This document shows, in pieces, positions 13,896 through 27,984 of a stretch of DNA of 64,000 nt. The stretch comes from Eledone cirrhosa. Its lineage: Eukaryota. The translations under genes were made by a program, and so were the position numbers. The stretch spans positions 201,376,001-201,440,000 of the forward strand of contig OZ024740.1 of the NCBI GenBank assembly GCA_964016885.1, read 5' to 3'. The notes under the pieces are model-generated. The model was not told the origin of the DNA, ran no database searches, and saw only the letters and a list, made by a program, of their open reading frames with translations. How positions within the stretch are numbered: position 1 is the stretch's first letter; each line of letters begins with the position of its first letter.

Positions 13896-14573
13896 AGTTA
13901 GTAATTTTTTTTATAGTAAATAATTGTTGATTAATACTTGTTAATTAATAACTGTTGATTAATAATACTTGGTGAATAATTATTGTTGTTTAACAATGTT
14001 TGTACTTTGTTAATTGTAGCTTAGAAAATGTTATTAGTTAATAACATTTAGTTAAATAACTGTTCATTGATAATAATTATTAGTTAATAATTTGTGGTTA
14101 ATAATTGACAATCTTTCGTAAATGTTTAATTGTTTATTGCTGTTGGTTTAATCGTTGTTTTTCTCAGACCACATGTTATAAGTTTGTTTGTTAATGATGT
14201 CTTCAAAGTTAATGATTAACCCTGTAATATTGAACCGGAATGTTGTACATGACATCAAAGCTCAATTAACAATTAACCTCGCATAGTTCCCATAATTAGT
14301 CCTGGCTTCATTGGACAAACCTTGATTTCTCGGAAGGAGTAAAACAAAAATAAATCAATAAATAATGCTCGTAATAATTGTTGCTACTTTTGGCAAATGT
14401 CCAGCAATTTGAAAGAAAGGAGAAAGTCGACCTCATTGCGTTACTGGTACATTATTTTATCAACCTTGGAAGGACGAAAGGCAAAACTAACCTCGGCAAT
14501 AATAATAATTAAATTATTAATTATTGTATAATGGTAATAATAAAAATGATAATAATGGTAATGTCGACAATGA

Positions 14574-14632
<59 letters not shown>

Positions 14633-14679
14633 ATGGGGGCGGTAACTATAACAACATCAACAACAACAACAATAATAAT

Positions 14680-15274
14680 CGTTTCTGATTTAGGCACAAA
14701 GCCAGCAATTTGAAGGGAAGGGGGAAAGTCGATTAAGTCGATCCCAGTGCATTACTGGTACTTTATTTATCGACCCCCTTAAGGATGAAAGGCAAAGTTA
14801 ACCTCAGCGAGAGTTTAACTGAGGACGTAAAGGGCCGTAACTCTATGCCATAAAGCATGGTGTCCGATGCTCTACCGAAACTGCCAATCTGCCAATAATA
14901 ATTGTTTCTACTTTTGGCACAAGGCCAGTAATTATTCCAGTGCATTACTGGTACTTTATTTATCGACCCCCCGTAAGGATGAAGGCAAAATTAACCTCAG
15001 CGGGATTTGAACTGGGGACGTAAAGGGCCGTAACTCTATGCTATAAAGCATGGTGTCCGACGCTCCACCGAAACTGCCATCCTGCAAATAATAATTGTTT
15101 CTACTTTAGGCACAAGGCCAGCAATTACCCAGTTCATTACTGGTACTTTATTTTGTCGACCCGTAAGGATGAAAGGCAAAGTCAACCTTGGCGGGATTTG
15201 AACTCAGATCGTAAAGGGACGTAACTATGCTGGAAAGCATGGCGTCCGACCGTCTACCGATACTGCCAATCCAC
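14680..15274 (-). mobile_element. Three head-to-tail SINE copies
   Basis: About 14680-14893, 14901-15085 and 15095-15274. Confidence 0.85.
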
Positions 15275-15544
15275 CAAATAATAATAACCATAACAATAAC
15301 AATAATAATATCGCTTTCTTTATTAATGACAATAATAATATTAAACAAAGAAAAAGCAGTTTCTCCAAATGAAAACATAAAAGTCTGTTTATATTGAGTT
15401 TGTGCTTAAATTTATTCTTGGTCTGATGGATGTTAAATAATAATTAAATGTATGAAAGGAAAATAAGTGAGGCGAAAATTATGATCATCTTGTAACTGGC
15501 GATAGAATTAACGAGAGAAACCTCTGCCATTACATCTAAATTAC

Positions 15545-15574
15545 AGCTGTTGTTGTTGTTGTTGTTGTTACTGC

Positions 15575-15612
<38 letters not shown>

Positions 15613-16135
15613 CTGTTGTTGTGGTTGTTACTATTGTTGTTGTTTTTGTTGTTGTTGCTGTTGTTGTAGCTGCTGTTGCTGTTGTTGTTGTTGTTATTGT
15701 TGGAGTTGTTGTTGTTACTGCTGTTATTTTTACAGTGTTGTTGTTGTCGTTGTTGCTGTTGTTGTTGTTGCTGTTGTTGTTGCTGTTGTTGTTGTTGCTG
15801 TTGTTGTTGCTGTTGTTGTTGTTGTTGCTGTTGTTGTTGCTGTGGTTGTTGTTGTTGCTTTTGCTGCTGTTGTTGCTGTTGTTGTTGTTGTTGCTGTTGT
15901 TGTTGTTACTGTTGTTGTTCTTGTTCTTGTTGTTGCTATTTCTGTTATTGTTGTTACTGTTGTTGTTGCTGTTATTGCTGTTATTGGTGTTGATGTTGTT
16001 GTTGTTGTCGTTGTGTCTACATTGTTGTTACTGTTGATGTTGTTGTTGCTGTCGTTGTTTTTACATTGTTGTTGTTTCTGTTATTGCTGCTGCTGTTGTT
16101 GTTGTTACTGTTGTTGGTGTTGTTGTTGTTGTTAC
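15545..16135. repeat. (GTT/GCT)n microsatellite
   Basis: Direct reading. Confidence 0.97.
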
Positions 16136-16144
16136 ATAACATAT

Positions 16145-16522
16145 AGGACGGTGGCTTGGCAATATCGGTAGAGCGTCGGACAAAATACTTTGTTGTATTT
16201 AGTTATGACTTTCTACATTCTGAGTTCAAATCCCGCTGAGGTCAATTTTACCTTTCACCCTTCCGAGGTCGATAAAATAAAGTACAAATCGAGTACTGGG
16301 TTGATATCATCGACTTTTTTCTTCCCCGAAATGTCAGGCGGTGGATTGGCAGTATCGGTAGAGGGTCGGACGCCATGCTTTCCAGCATAGTTACGTCCCT
16401 TTACGATCTGAGTTCAAATCCCGCCGAGGTTGACTTTGCCTTTCATCCTTACGGTGTCGATAAAATAAAGTACCAGTAATGCACTGGGTAATTGCTGGCC
16501 TTGTGCCTAAAGTAGAAACAAT
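16145..16522 (+). mobile_element. Two tandem SINE copies
   Basis: About 16145-16330 and 16335-16522. Confidence 0.85.
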
Positions 16523-17920
16523 TATTATATTGCTTATAAGAATTTTGTTTAGGTGTTTTTTGTCTACCTTTCTACTGTGTGGGAGGAAGGGATTTGTGTG
16601 TGTTTTATAAAGCAAACTAACGTTAATAGGCTTTATGTTTTAGTGAATAAATAACTCGTGGGAGAATGTTGCTGTATGGTCCAAATGATTTATAGAGAGG
16701 ATAGCCAGGGAGATGCGCTGAAAGAACGAGTCCAACTCATGGGGCTCGTTCTTGAAGATGACTATGTTTGTCCAGTTCACAGTAAGGAGGGAGGTGGTTC
16801 GGAGCCCCAGGGCTCTAGACTAGATGTTACCACCGCTAGAGGTTCATCGATATACCTTAATGAGGGAACGGCTGATGCTTTGACTGATTTTAATATTCAG
16901 CCTGTCGCGCAACAGAGCCTGGATCTGATACTAAATTCCCCAGGTTGTTGCTAGGAAACAAACATCATGTACATATCCATGGATACATAGATTAAGATAG
17001 CAGTAAACGGACTTCTGTTGGTTTTGACGATGAGTATTCTAGTTGTTCAATCAACAGAAAACCTGTTCATGAAATTAGTGTGAAAGTGGTTGAATATTCC
17101 ACAAAGACATTTAACGGAATACTCAAGTAGATTCAGCATGGCAGAGTGTGTGACAAGACAGGCCATTTTAATTAGTGGTATGCTCTATTCGATGGACATT
17201 CAAGCAGTTGGTGTCAGCTCAGTTTGCCTCATTAAGTTGGATCGACCAGAGACTATGTTAAACAGCAGAAGCCCAAAGTGCTACGCAGTGAGATCGAACT
17301 CGAAACTTTATGATTGCAAAGAAAACATCTTAATCATTTGGTTATGCTGCGCAGAGTTGGATTTCGACCTTGGGGTCCCGGGGCGCTTCAGGTTTGGTGG
17401 GCTCCTCATACAGAAAAAATTAGAATCCACAGGAAATCCCCCAATTTTACATATCAAAGTTAGCTTGGCGCAAGTAATTGGAATTGAAAAGTTATACATA
17501 CAGGTATTAAATAAAACTAAATTCTAAAACTAAAAAGCCCAGGGCACAAATAAATTTACTATGGCCGTTTCTGGTGGGGCCCCCAAATGCTGGGAGCCCG
17601 GGACAATTGCCATTCATCTGTTGTCCATTCAATAGATGAAGGATAAAAAAAATAACATTCTTTGACATCTAACTTGATGTTGTTTGAAGATTTCGAAAAA
17701 AAATCGTTTTGTTGGCAGTGGGATTTGAAATTAATCAATACCGAAATATCATGTAATTACTTTTATTGGGACCCGAGAGTAATTACTTATTATAGTGTAA
17801 ATAGTACTCTGTTGTTGCTCAAAGCTGATCACACAATATGAACACATACAAATATAGATGATGGTAGAATTGGCGTAACTAACAAAATATACATTGCAGT
17901 ATTTTGTTCCGTGTGAAGTC

Positions 17921-18190
17921 AAGTGGCCTTGTGATTAGACTTTCGATCACAAGTCCTCGAGTTCGATTCCCGGACAGGGCAGTGCATTGTGTCTTTAAAT
18001 AAGACACTTTATTTCACGTTGCTGTAATTTACTCAGCTGAAAAACTAATTAATATCAGCAGTAATGGAGTTTTACTCTGTGACAGACTGTCGTTTCATCC
18101 AGGTGAGATGTCTCGTATTCTCAGTTGTTTAACACCAATGAAACTACGATAAGTTCCGTTACTGATGAGCCATGGGGCTTCAGAGATTTT
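17921..18190 (+). mobile_element. tRNA-derived CORE-type SINE
   Basis: B-box GAGTTCGATTCC then TTGTGTCTTT..AAGACACTTTATTTCACGTTGCT core. Confidence 0.7.
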
Positions 18191-18719
18191 TTTAATGTTG
18201 TCCCGCACTGACTGCGTTCCATATTGATATAAACTTTCCTCCTTTTACATCATCTGACAAATTACCTGGTTTGATATAATTGACTAAAACATACGATGAT
18301 GGTGCTCCAGCATGGCCATAATCCAATAAACGAAATCAGTACAAGAAATAAGCAAATCAGAGAAAATCACTTCAAATTTTAACGAAATGCTTCAGCGGTC
18401 TTGTCCGCAGGGCGCAACCACAACACCGCCGCGCCCTAGACCCAGAGCCCATCACCTCCACCCTCTACCCCCTCCCATTCTTCTGTGGTCCTAGAGTCCT
18501 TGCCTTTCCCTTGATTTTTCCGTTTTTAAATATTTGTAGATTTATTCTAATGATTTATTAGTCATTCTTTCATGTAGCTACTTCTTTATTATAACCAATT
18601 ATACAATGAAATAAAACAATTCTTTGATATATTAATGATTATATTAAGTTAATGAACCAAAATATATGATGTTGTTGCTGTTGCCAAAGTGAAATTATTA
18701 GTAAAATAATAATATTGAT

Positions 18720-19070
18720 TTCTAATTTAGGCACAAGCTCAGCAAATCTGAGGGAAGGGCAAAGTTGATTAAAACGACCTTAGTACTTGACTGCTACTTT
18801 ATTTTATCGAGTCCGTAAGGATGAACGACTAAATTGACCGACGAGATTTGAACTTAGAATGTAAAGGCCCAGAATAAATAACGGTTTCTGATTTAGGTAT
18901 AAAGGCCAACAATTTCGGGGGAGGGGAAAGTCGATTAAATCGATTCCAGTCCGTTACTGGTACTTTATTTTATCGACCCCGTAAAGATGAAAGGCGAAGC
19001 TAACCTCGTAAAGGGCTGTAACGTGATGACATTTTATCAGACGTTCTAGTAATTCTTCCAATTCATCACT
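18720..19070 (-). mobile_element. Two degenerate SINE copies
   Basis: GGTACTTTATTTTATCGACCCCGTAAAGATGAAAGGC core. Confidence 0.75.
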
Positions 19071-20014
19071 CGTAATGAAATAACAATATTTATAATAACG
19101 ATTAGCAGGAACCCGGCAGATTCTGCCGTTATGTAAATGTTCTTATTTCCATTTTGATACATAAATCTATACATTCTCATAAACAACTGTTTCATTATGT
19201 CAAATATTTCGATTATGGTTTCAATTTCGTTCCATAGTTCCGTCTGACCCAGAAGGCTTTATTCGCCCATCTATCTTGCCGAATACGTGCGTAGTTTGGA
19301 AACTTAAAAAAAATAATAATAATAACGGCTTGGCTTTCTTGAAATACTGAAGCGGATATATTTCGCTTTTGATACTACAAACATTTTTCATAATATACCT
19401 ACTTCTAAAATAATGTATGTTTTACATATATTTTAAATATTAATTATATTTTGTTTGCAGTCAGAAAAATGTCATTCCTAATGCAAACTAGATTTTTAAA
19501 ACTCCACACAGAAGTTTTTTATCCATAAACATACGTTTGTATTAGTAATGAAATTTTTATCCTTGCATAGATTTTTTTAAATCCCATTCCCTATGTTTTC
19601 AGCTATAAATATGTTTGCTTTTGTAATGAAATTTCCATCGTTGCAAACGAAACATGCTTAACTTTTCATGAATATGTAAAAATAATTTCATTTTAAAAGT
19701 ACGTGTAGAGCGAAAAAACATGTTTAGTTCTGTTAGAAATTTATTCTAATCAGTAATTCAAGAAAACCAAATTAATTTTTTACATTCCTCAGCTACACAT
19801 GTAGTCGGCATGATTGTCCCCGAATCTAAAGTAAATAACACTTGAACAAGGTGCAGCAAAGTGGGATCAAACCCGGAATCAAGTGGTTGTACCCTTATGA
19901 TGTGTGGCCGATTGTCGCACTTGGTGAATTGATGGTCGTTTTCGTTTTTTATTTTGCCCCTCCCTCCTTTTTTTTTTTGTTCTATTTAATCTCATATACT
20001 TGTTAAGTATTATC

Positions 20015-20400
20015 CAGACTCTGCTGCACTTCGGGGCGAGGAGGGTAAACTCTCCAAATATTGGTCGTTCTCTGTCTGGTTTGCGAGCGAGCCCGTAGCA
20101 GTGGAGACATCTGGTGTCCTTGGCCACCTCCCTACTCACTTCCATTGGCACAGAGTTGGCTACCCGAAGGCGGGAGCCTCGCGAGCTGGAATGGCTCTTC
20201 CAGCGCGTTTCTCTCACCATCCTCTGGGGAACCGCCGTCTCTATTCTGTCAGCGCGTGGGCCCCGATTTGTTTATAATAGTGAGAGATGGGGAGAGCGGG
20301 AGAGACGGAGGCAGTGAGGAGTGGGAGTTTGGTTCCGCTGTATTCGGACCTGGTGTATATGTATATATTTATTTACCACACCACGTTAATTCTTTTATAT
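20015..20400 (+). mobile_element. CRE-like non-LTR retrotransposon 3' end (restriction-like endonuclease C-terminus)
   Basis: EEGKLSKY..EPVAVETSGVLG..IG..LA..EPRELEWLFQRVSL; related copies at 41280-41510 and 50530-50975. Confidence 0.75.
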
Positions 20401-20507
20401 GATTAACTATTAATAAATCATCTTATATATTTGTTAAGTATTGTATATATCATTTGTGTCTATTTTCAGTCTGTAAGAGTTATAGATAACTTGCAATGTT
20501 ACTTATA

Positions 20508-20690
20508 TGGATTGGCAGTATCGGTAGAGGGTCTGACGCCATGCTTTGCAGCAAAGAGTTACGGCCCTTTATGGTCTGGGTTCAAATCCCGCCGAGGTTA
20601 ACTTTGCCTTTCATCCTTATGGGGTCGATAAAATAAAGTACCAGTAATACACTGGAATAATTGCTAGCCTTGTTCCAAAAGTAGAAACAG
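20508..20690 (+). mobile_element. SINE, same family
   Basis: Match to 10471-10648. Confidence 0.85.
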
Positions 20691-21264
20691 TTATTTATAC
20701 AGTTATGAATACATAAAAGACATAAGTAAAAAAAAAGATCAATTTCTGTTTTTCTTTTTTTTATGAAAGCGAAGTTTTATATATACTTCAAACTATTTTT
20801 ATCATCCGCTCCTAAATAAATACCGAATCGAGTTGAAATATTTTGATTTAATCATGCAGAACCTAAAATATGGAAAGAAACTCGATTTTTTCAATATGAA
20901 GTGAATTTGATGTCTGCGCTAGGACACGATTTCATTTTATTTATTCAGTAAATATATTTCTTAAATTTTTAAACGATATATAATGAACACTTACCAGAAT
21001 CAGATATACTGGGTTTGTTACTGTCTATCATGGCCCAGCTTATATTTAGGTTTATATTTATTCCATTTATGTTCCACTACAATAAAAATCAGATTTCTTA
21101 TAACTATGTTGCAGAAGGAATGTATATATATATATATATATATATTTACACACGGCACTGGACAGAATTGCTTCCACATCGTTCATTCTCATCTCGGGAA
21201 CAATTTTGAATAGCGCCAGTTCGTAATTTGAACTCGGGAATTTTATATTCTCCGAGTGAAAAGA

Positions 21265-21351
21265 ACCTTCTGACGAGAGTTTATCTTTTCAATGGAAGGC
21301 CGCAAGGACTGTCCATTTATTTTTGAGACTCGAAACCGATTCGGTAAAGGT
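21265..21351 (+). ncRNA. Type I HHR with extended stem II
   Basis: ACCTT-CTGACGA-GAGTTT..AGACTC-GAAACCG-ATT-CGGTA-AAGGT; all three helices pair. Confidence 0.9.
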
Positions 21352-21417
21352 AACCATAGTGAGTACAGTGAATTTTTGAAATTTATTTTGAAACTTTTTC
21401 TTAATTGCTAAACCTTG

Positions 21418-21485
<68 letters not shown>

Positions 21486-21487
<2 letters not shown>

Positions 21488-21991
21488 TTTTAATATAGAT
21501 GAGATTCTACAGCACTAGAACTGTTTCATTCTTTAGAAATCATCAGGAATCTGGCTTTCCAAAAATAAATGTTGTGGTATTTATATATTTTCAGGTGGTA
21601 GGAGAGGGTGGGGAGTGGGATGGGTAGAGGTCATTGGTTGAAAGAAAGGGGAATTCATTAAAAGCTAAATCTTTAAGGCTGTAATTTATATTTAGAGTGA
21701 CAAAGGCAGAAAGAATTCTATAAACAAGTTCAGAATGGGGTGCCACTCCTTATTTTTAAGTTTCTCTCAGTCTAACAATGCCTATATTTCAGGTGTCTAT
21801 AAGATCGTTGGGGGTCGGTCATGGTTGATGGATTTAAAGAAAAGGGAAATTCTTTAAAAGCTAATTCTTTAAAGTTCTACTTTAAGTGACAAAGGTCTAG
21901 ATAATTCTATAGACCAGTTCAAAATATTGGGTGCCTATCATATCATTATCTTCAAATTTCTCTTAAGCAATATTCCAGGTGTCGACAGACA

Positions 21992-21998
<7 letters not shown>
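21486..21998 (-). repeat. pLTR-like element A (inverted copy of 39980-40490)
   Basis: About 510 bp of near-identical reverse-complement match; contains HHR and an internal duplication. Confidence 0.92.
21502..21552 (-). ncRNA. Type I HHR (inverted copy of 40425-40475)
   Basis: - strand GATTC-CTGATGA-TTTCTAAAGAAT-GAAACAG-TTCTAGTG-CTGTA-GAATC. Confidence 0.85.
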
Positions 21999-22074
<76 letters not shown>

Positions 22075-22089
22075 TATATACATATATAC

Positions 22090-22171
<82 letters not shown>

Positions 22172-22225
22172 ATTAAAAACTGCACTATCCACAAGTGTTT
22201 TTTAACCTTCATATCATGTCTTCCT

Positions 22226-22294
22226 GTTTTATCTGATGAAAACACAAATATTATTGCATGATGATATTTGTTTTTGAAATGCGCATAATAAAAT
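22226..22294 (+). ncRNA. Type I HHR
   Basis: TTTTAT-CTGATGA-AAACACAAATATTAT..ATGATATTTGTTTTT-GAAATGCGCATA-ATAAAA; palindromic stem III ATGCGCAT. Confidence 0.85.
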
Positions 22295-22325
22295 ACATGG
22301 AACTCTTTTAACCATCTTTTGTTCT

Positions 22326-22418
<93 letters not shown>

Positions 22419-22569
22419 AAAATTGAACGGGAACAAAACAGAGAGGCAGTACAAACAAAGGTTTATTAATTTCACGCTCTTGAGAGTGGGGTGGATATAT
22501 GTACATATATATACACATATATATATATACATATACACATACATATACATATATATACATATATACATA

Positions 22570-22659
<90 letters not shown>

Positions 22660-22787
22660 CATACATACATAGATATATATACATACATAAACATATACAC
22701 ACACATATATATATATATATATAGATAAAATAAAATATTAAACAAATAATGAATAAACAATTTCTTATATTAAACAAAAAGAGTTCA

Positions 22788-22934
22788 TTATTTAACGATC
22801 GTTTCTAGGATATATATGTGTTAGAATTGGTATGCATATTCAACAGATCTATGTACAAAATTATACAAAATTATACAAATTATCAAGATTAAATATACAT
22901 ACCAAACACATATATACGCCGTCTTCAGAAATAA
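22788..22934 (-). ncRNA. HHR with stem II over 100 nt (left arm of palindrome)
   Basis: Reverse complement of 22939-23085. Confidence 0.8.
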
Positions 22935-22938
22935 TGAA

Positions 22939-23085
22939 TTATTTCTGAAGACGGCGTATATATGTGTTTGGTATGTATATTTAATCTTGATAATTTGTAT
23001 AATTTTGTATAATTTTGTACATAGATCTGTTGAATATGCATACCAATTCTAACACATATATATCCTAGAAACGATCGTTAAATAA
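22939..23085 (+). ncRNA. HHR with stem II over 100 nt (right arm of palindrome)
   Basis: TTATTT-CTGAAGA-[TATATATGTGTT..TGGTATG...CATACCA..AACACATATATA]-GAAACGATCGTT-AAATAA. Confidence 0.8.
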
Positions 23086-23406
23086 TGAACTCTTTTTGTT
23101 TAATATAAGAAATTGTTTATTCATTATTTGTTTAATATTTTATCTTGTACTCTGTATACCGTTTATCTTTCACCGAAAGTGGTTTTTCATTACATCTCTT
23201 CTTTCCATGATATCCGGAATACATTGAGTTCTTCATACGGATTGGACACTACCGTAAACTCTTGGTAGATTTATCTACATATATATATAGATATATAGAT
23301 ATATATACACACACACATATATATATACATATACACACATATATACACACATACATATACATACATATATATATACATATATATATATATACATATACAC
23401 ATACAC

Positions 23407-23459
<53 letters not shown>

Positions 23460-23468
23460 AACACATAT

Positions 23469-23615
<147 letters not shown>

Positions 23616-23738
23616 TACATATACATACATATACACATATACACACATATATGTAGACCTATATATACACATATACACATACATACACATATATACACAC
23701 ATATACACATATATACATATATACATATATATATACAC

Positions 23739-23769
<31 letters not shown>

Positions 23770-24028
23770 TATATATACACATACATGCATACATATATAC
23801 ACACATACATATATATACATATATATACATATGTACATATACATACATATACACATATACACATATATACATATATACATATATATATATACATTTATAT
23901 ATATATATATATACACACACACATATATATATATATACACATATATATATATAAACACATACACATACACATACATATATATATATACACATATACACAT
24001 ATATATACATATACACACATATATACAT

Positions 24029-24132
<104 letters not shown>

Positions 24133-24251
24133 ATACACACATACACACACACATATATAAACATATATATATATATATATATATTAGAAAGTGAGGGTTT
24201 TTTTTACAAATTGAAAAATAACCGAGGTGTCCTACACGAGTGAAAGTATAA

Positions 24252-24555
24252 AGAAAAAAAGATGAAATCGAAAATGCAACTGGAGTCTTATTTTTAAAAA
24301 AATATATATATTTATTTGGTTCCTTTACCGGTTTCGCAGTTCTTCTGCTTTTCAAAAGTAGAATTGAGATGGAGGTCTGTGGTTTTTCTCACACTGATAT
24401 GAGAAAAACCACAGACCCTCCATCTCAAAAAACCACAGACCCTCCATCTCAACTCTACTTTTGAAAAGCAGAAGAAATGCGAAACCGGTAAAGGAACCAA
24501 ATAAATATATTTTTTTTAAATAAGACTCCAGTTGTATTTTCGATTTCATCTTTTT

Positions 24556-24560
<5 letters not shown>
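24252..24560. repeat. Palindrome with about 140-bp arms and a 24-bp duplication in the right arm
   Basis: Centre TTTTTCTCA-CACTGATA-TGAGAAAAA near 24395. Confidence 0.92.
24457..24495 (+). ncRNA. Degenerate minimal HHR (mirror at about 24321-24359 on -)
   Basis: TTGAAAA-GCA-GAAGAAA-TGC-GAAACCGGTA-AAG; core mutated, palindromic stem III ACCGGT. Confidence 0.55.
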
Positions 24561-24622
<62 letters not shown>

Positions 24623-24765
24623 AACACACACATACACATACACACACATACATATATACATATACTCGTACATATATATTTATATATATATATAGATATA
24701 TATATATGTGTATATATACATATACACACATATATACACATATATATATATATACATATATACAC

Positions 24766-24838
<73 letters not shown>

Positions 24839-24946
24839 TATATACACATATACATACATATATATATATATATTCACATACACACATACACACATACATA
24901 CACACACATATATATAAATATATACACATATATATATAAATATATA

Positions 24947-25002
<56 letters not shown>

Positions 25003-25093
25003 TACATACACACGTATACACACATATACATATACACACATATATATATATATATATACATATATACACATACATACATATACATATATTTAT

Positions 25094-25164
<71 letters not shown>

Positions 25165-25234
25165 TACACACATACATAAATACACATACATATACATACA
25201 TATATACATACATACACACACACACATATATATG

Positions 25235-25318
<84 letters not shown>

Positions 25319-25447
25319 TACATACGCACACATATATATATACACTTATACACACACATATACACATATATATATATATATACATATATACATATATATA
25401 TACATATATACATTGAAAATTGCAAACTTGACTGTCACCACACATTA

Positions 25448-25486
25448 TGAACCTGAAGATTGCGAAAGCATGAAAGTACTTGTTCA
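25448..25486 (+). ncRNA. Minimal type I HHR
   Basis: TGAAC-CTGAAGA-T-TGC-GAAA-GCA-T-GAAAGTACTT-GTTCA. Confidence 0.88.
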
Positions 25487-25602
25487 ATTAACACTTAACA
25501 TTTAATATTCTACCATACTACTTCATTCTAATACCATTATAAATTTTAAAGGATTGTAAATAAAACGAGTAAATCAGACAAAGTTGGATTTCATTTTATT
25601 AA

Positions 25603-25634
<32 letters not shown>

Positions 25635-25707
25635 CACATACACACATATATACACACACACATACATACACACACACATACATACACATATATATATATA
25701 TATACAT

Positions 25708-25740
<33 letters not shown>

Positions 25741-25876
25741 CATATATATACACATGTATACACACATATATATACATATACACACACACATACACACATA
25801 TACACACACAAACACATATATATATATATACATATACACATATATACATACATATACATATACATATATATATATA

Positions 25877-25926
<50 letters not shown>

Positions 25927-25929
25927 TAC

Positions 25930-26420
<491 letters not shown>

Positions 26421-26535
26421 TGTATATATATGTATGTATATACACATATATACATACATATATATACATCCATACATATACTCACACATATACACACATA
26501 TATATATATATATACACATACACACATACATATAC

Positions 26536-26599
<64 letters not shown>

Positions 26600-26861
26600 C
26601 TAGGAATTGATCAACATATCTAGCCATGCGTGGTTACACGCTTGTAAAAATTATTTCCTGTGATTTTTCATGTTTATATTTATTTATATATATGTTGATC
26701 AATTCTTAGTTATTAAAATGCTCGTACTTACAAAGTCCTAGAGCTTATTTTCCGGGCGATATGGCGCATTCCGTTAAGGAATGACACCCATAATTTCGAT
26801 TCTGATTGAATTCTTTTAATCTATCTTAATTTTGGATATAGATATATATATATATATATAG

Positions 26862-26923
<62 letters not shown>

Positions 26924-26988
26924 CTTAGAGTTTAGACTCAAAGAGGTCATTTACAATCATTTCAGCTCTAGGAATCGCTTCTGAGCAG

Positions 26989-27409
26989 TATAAATTAATA
27001 TTTGATGAACATTTACATGTTATAATTGCAATTGACTAATAAGATCGCTAGAGTGAAAAATCTTAATTCAACAACATAAGGTCTGCCTGTACGATCTAGA
27101 AAATAATAAATCAATACTCACAGAGTCATATGGGCAAAAAGCCTTGGTACCTAGACACGTTTAAAATTCAAAATACAAACTTTTTCCGCAGATCGATCAG
27201 AACTTCAAACTTCAAACATGTTTCACAAAGGATGGTATAATAGTAAAATAATTAACTAATTAGCTTTTTGCCCATATGAGTCTGTGAGTATTGATTTATT
27301 ATTTTCTAGATCGTACAGGCAGACCTTATGTTGTTGAATTAAGATTTTTCACTCTAGCGATCTTATTAGTCAATTGGAACTATAACATGTAAATGTTCAT
27401 CAAATATTA

Positions 27410-27417
<8 letters not shown>
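26989..27417. repeat. Inverted repeat, about 153-bp arms and 120-bp spacer
   Basis: 26989-27141 inverted to 27263-27417; right end at (TA)n. Confidence 0.92.
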
Positions 27418-27460
<43 letters not shown>

Positions 27461-27465
<5 letters not shown>

Positions 27466-27712
27466 AATATTTACACATACACCAATTAAACAAAGTCACA
27501 GGTATATATGTGTTTTGGCAACTTTTCACGGTGTGGCTCAATGGAGAATTAATAAATTAAATAATCAGAGCAATAGAGTAAAGCATACTCTATAGTATTT
27601 TGCTCTGATTATTTAATTTATTAATTCTCCATTGACCCACATCGTGAAAAGATGCCAAAACACATATATACCTGTGACTTTGTTTAATTGGTGTATGTGT
27701 AAATATTTATAT
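27461..27712. repeat. Palindrome with about 113-bp arms at 5' end of an HHR-bearing island
   Basis: 27461-27573 inverted to 27600-27712. Confidence 0.92.
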
Positions 27713-27905
27713 TTAATAATCTCCCATAAGGTTGAGATAAAAATTTGGGCGATATTGAGCTGCGCTTTCTAACAACCAACCCACTCGCCGTAAGCAACCA
27801 ATCACACCCTTCCTGACTTGACCACTGCCACGTCACAGTTCTCAACCATTTCGAATTCGTGTTTGGCGGGGGCCACTTCGGAAAATAATATATCCTATCG
27901 AGTTT

Positions 27906-27984
27906 ATCCCCTGAAGAGCTCTAAAACTCGAGTATTAACCTTAATAAGGTATCTCAAAAGTGAGCGAAACCCTATGGTCGGGAT
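27906..27984 (+). ncRNA. Type I HHR with extended stem II
   Basis: ATCCC-CTGAAGA-GCTC..ACCTTA-A-TAAGGT..GAGC-GAAACC-CTAT-GGTC-GGGAT; canonical core and GUC site. Confidence 0.92.

Larger units (their letters stand above)
22730..23143. repeat. Near-perfect palindrome with about 205-bp arms
   Basis: Centre GTCTTCAGAAATAAT-GA-ATTATTTCTGAAGAC at about 22936. Confidence 0.95.

Noticed and set aside
15621-16171. Poly-Leu/Val/Cys membrane-protein-like ORFs
   Set aside because: (GTT)n microsatellite
18160-18190. CTGATGA-GCC-ATGG-GGC HHR-like start
   Set aside because: No GAAA or stem III; part of a SINE tail
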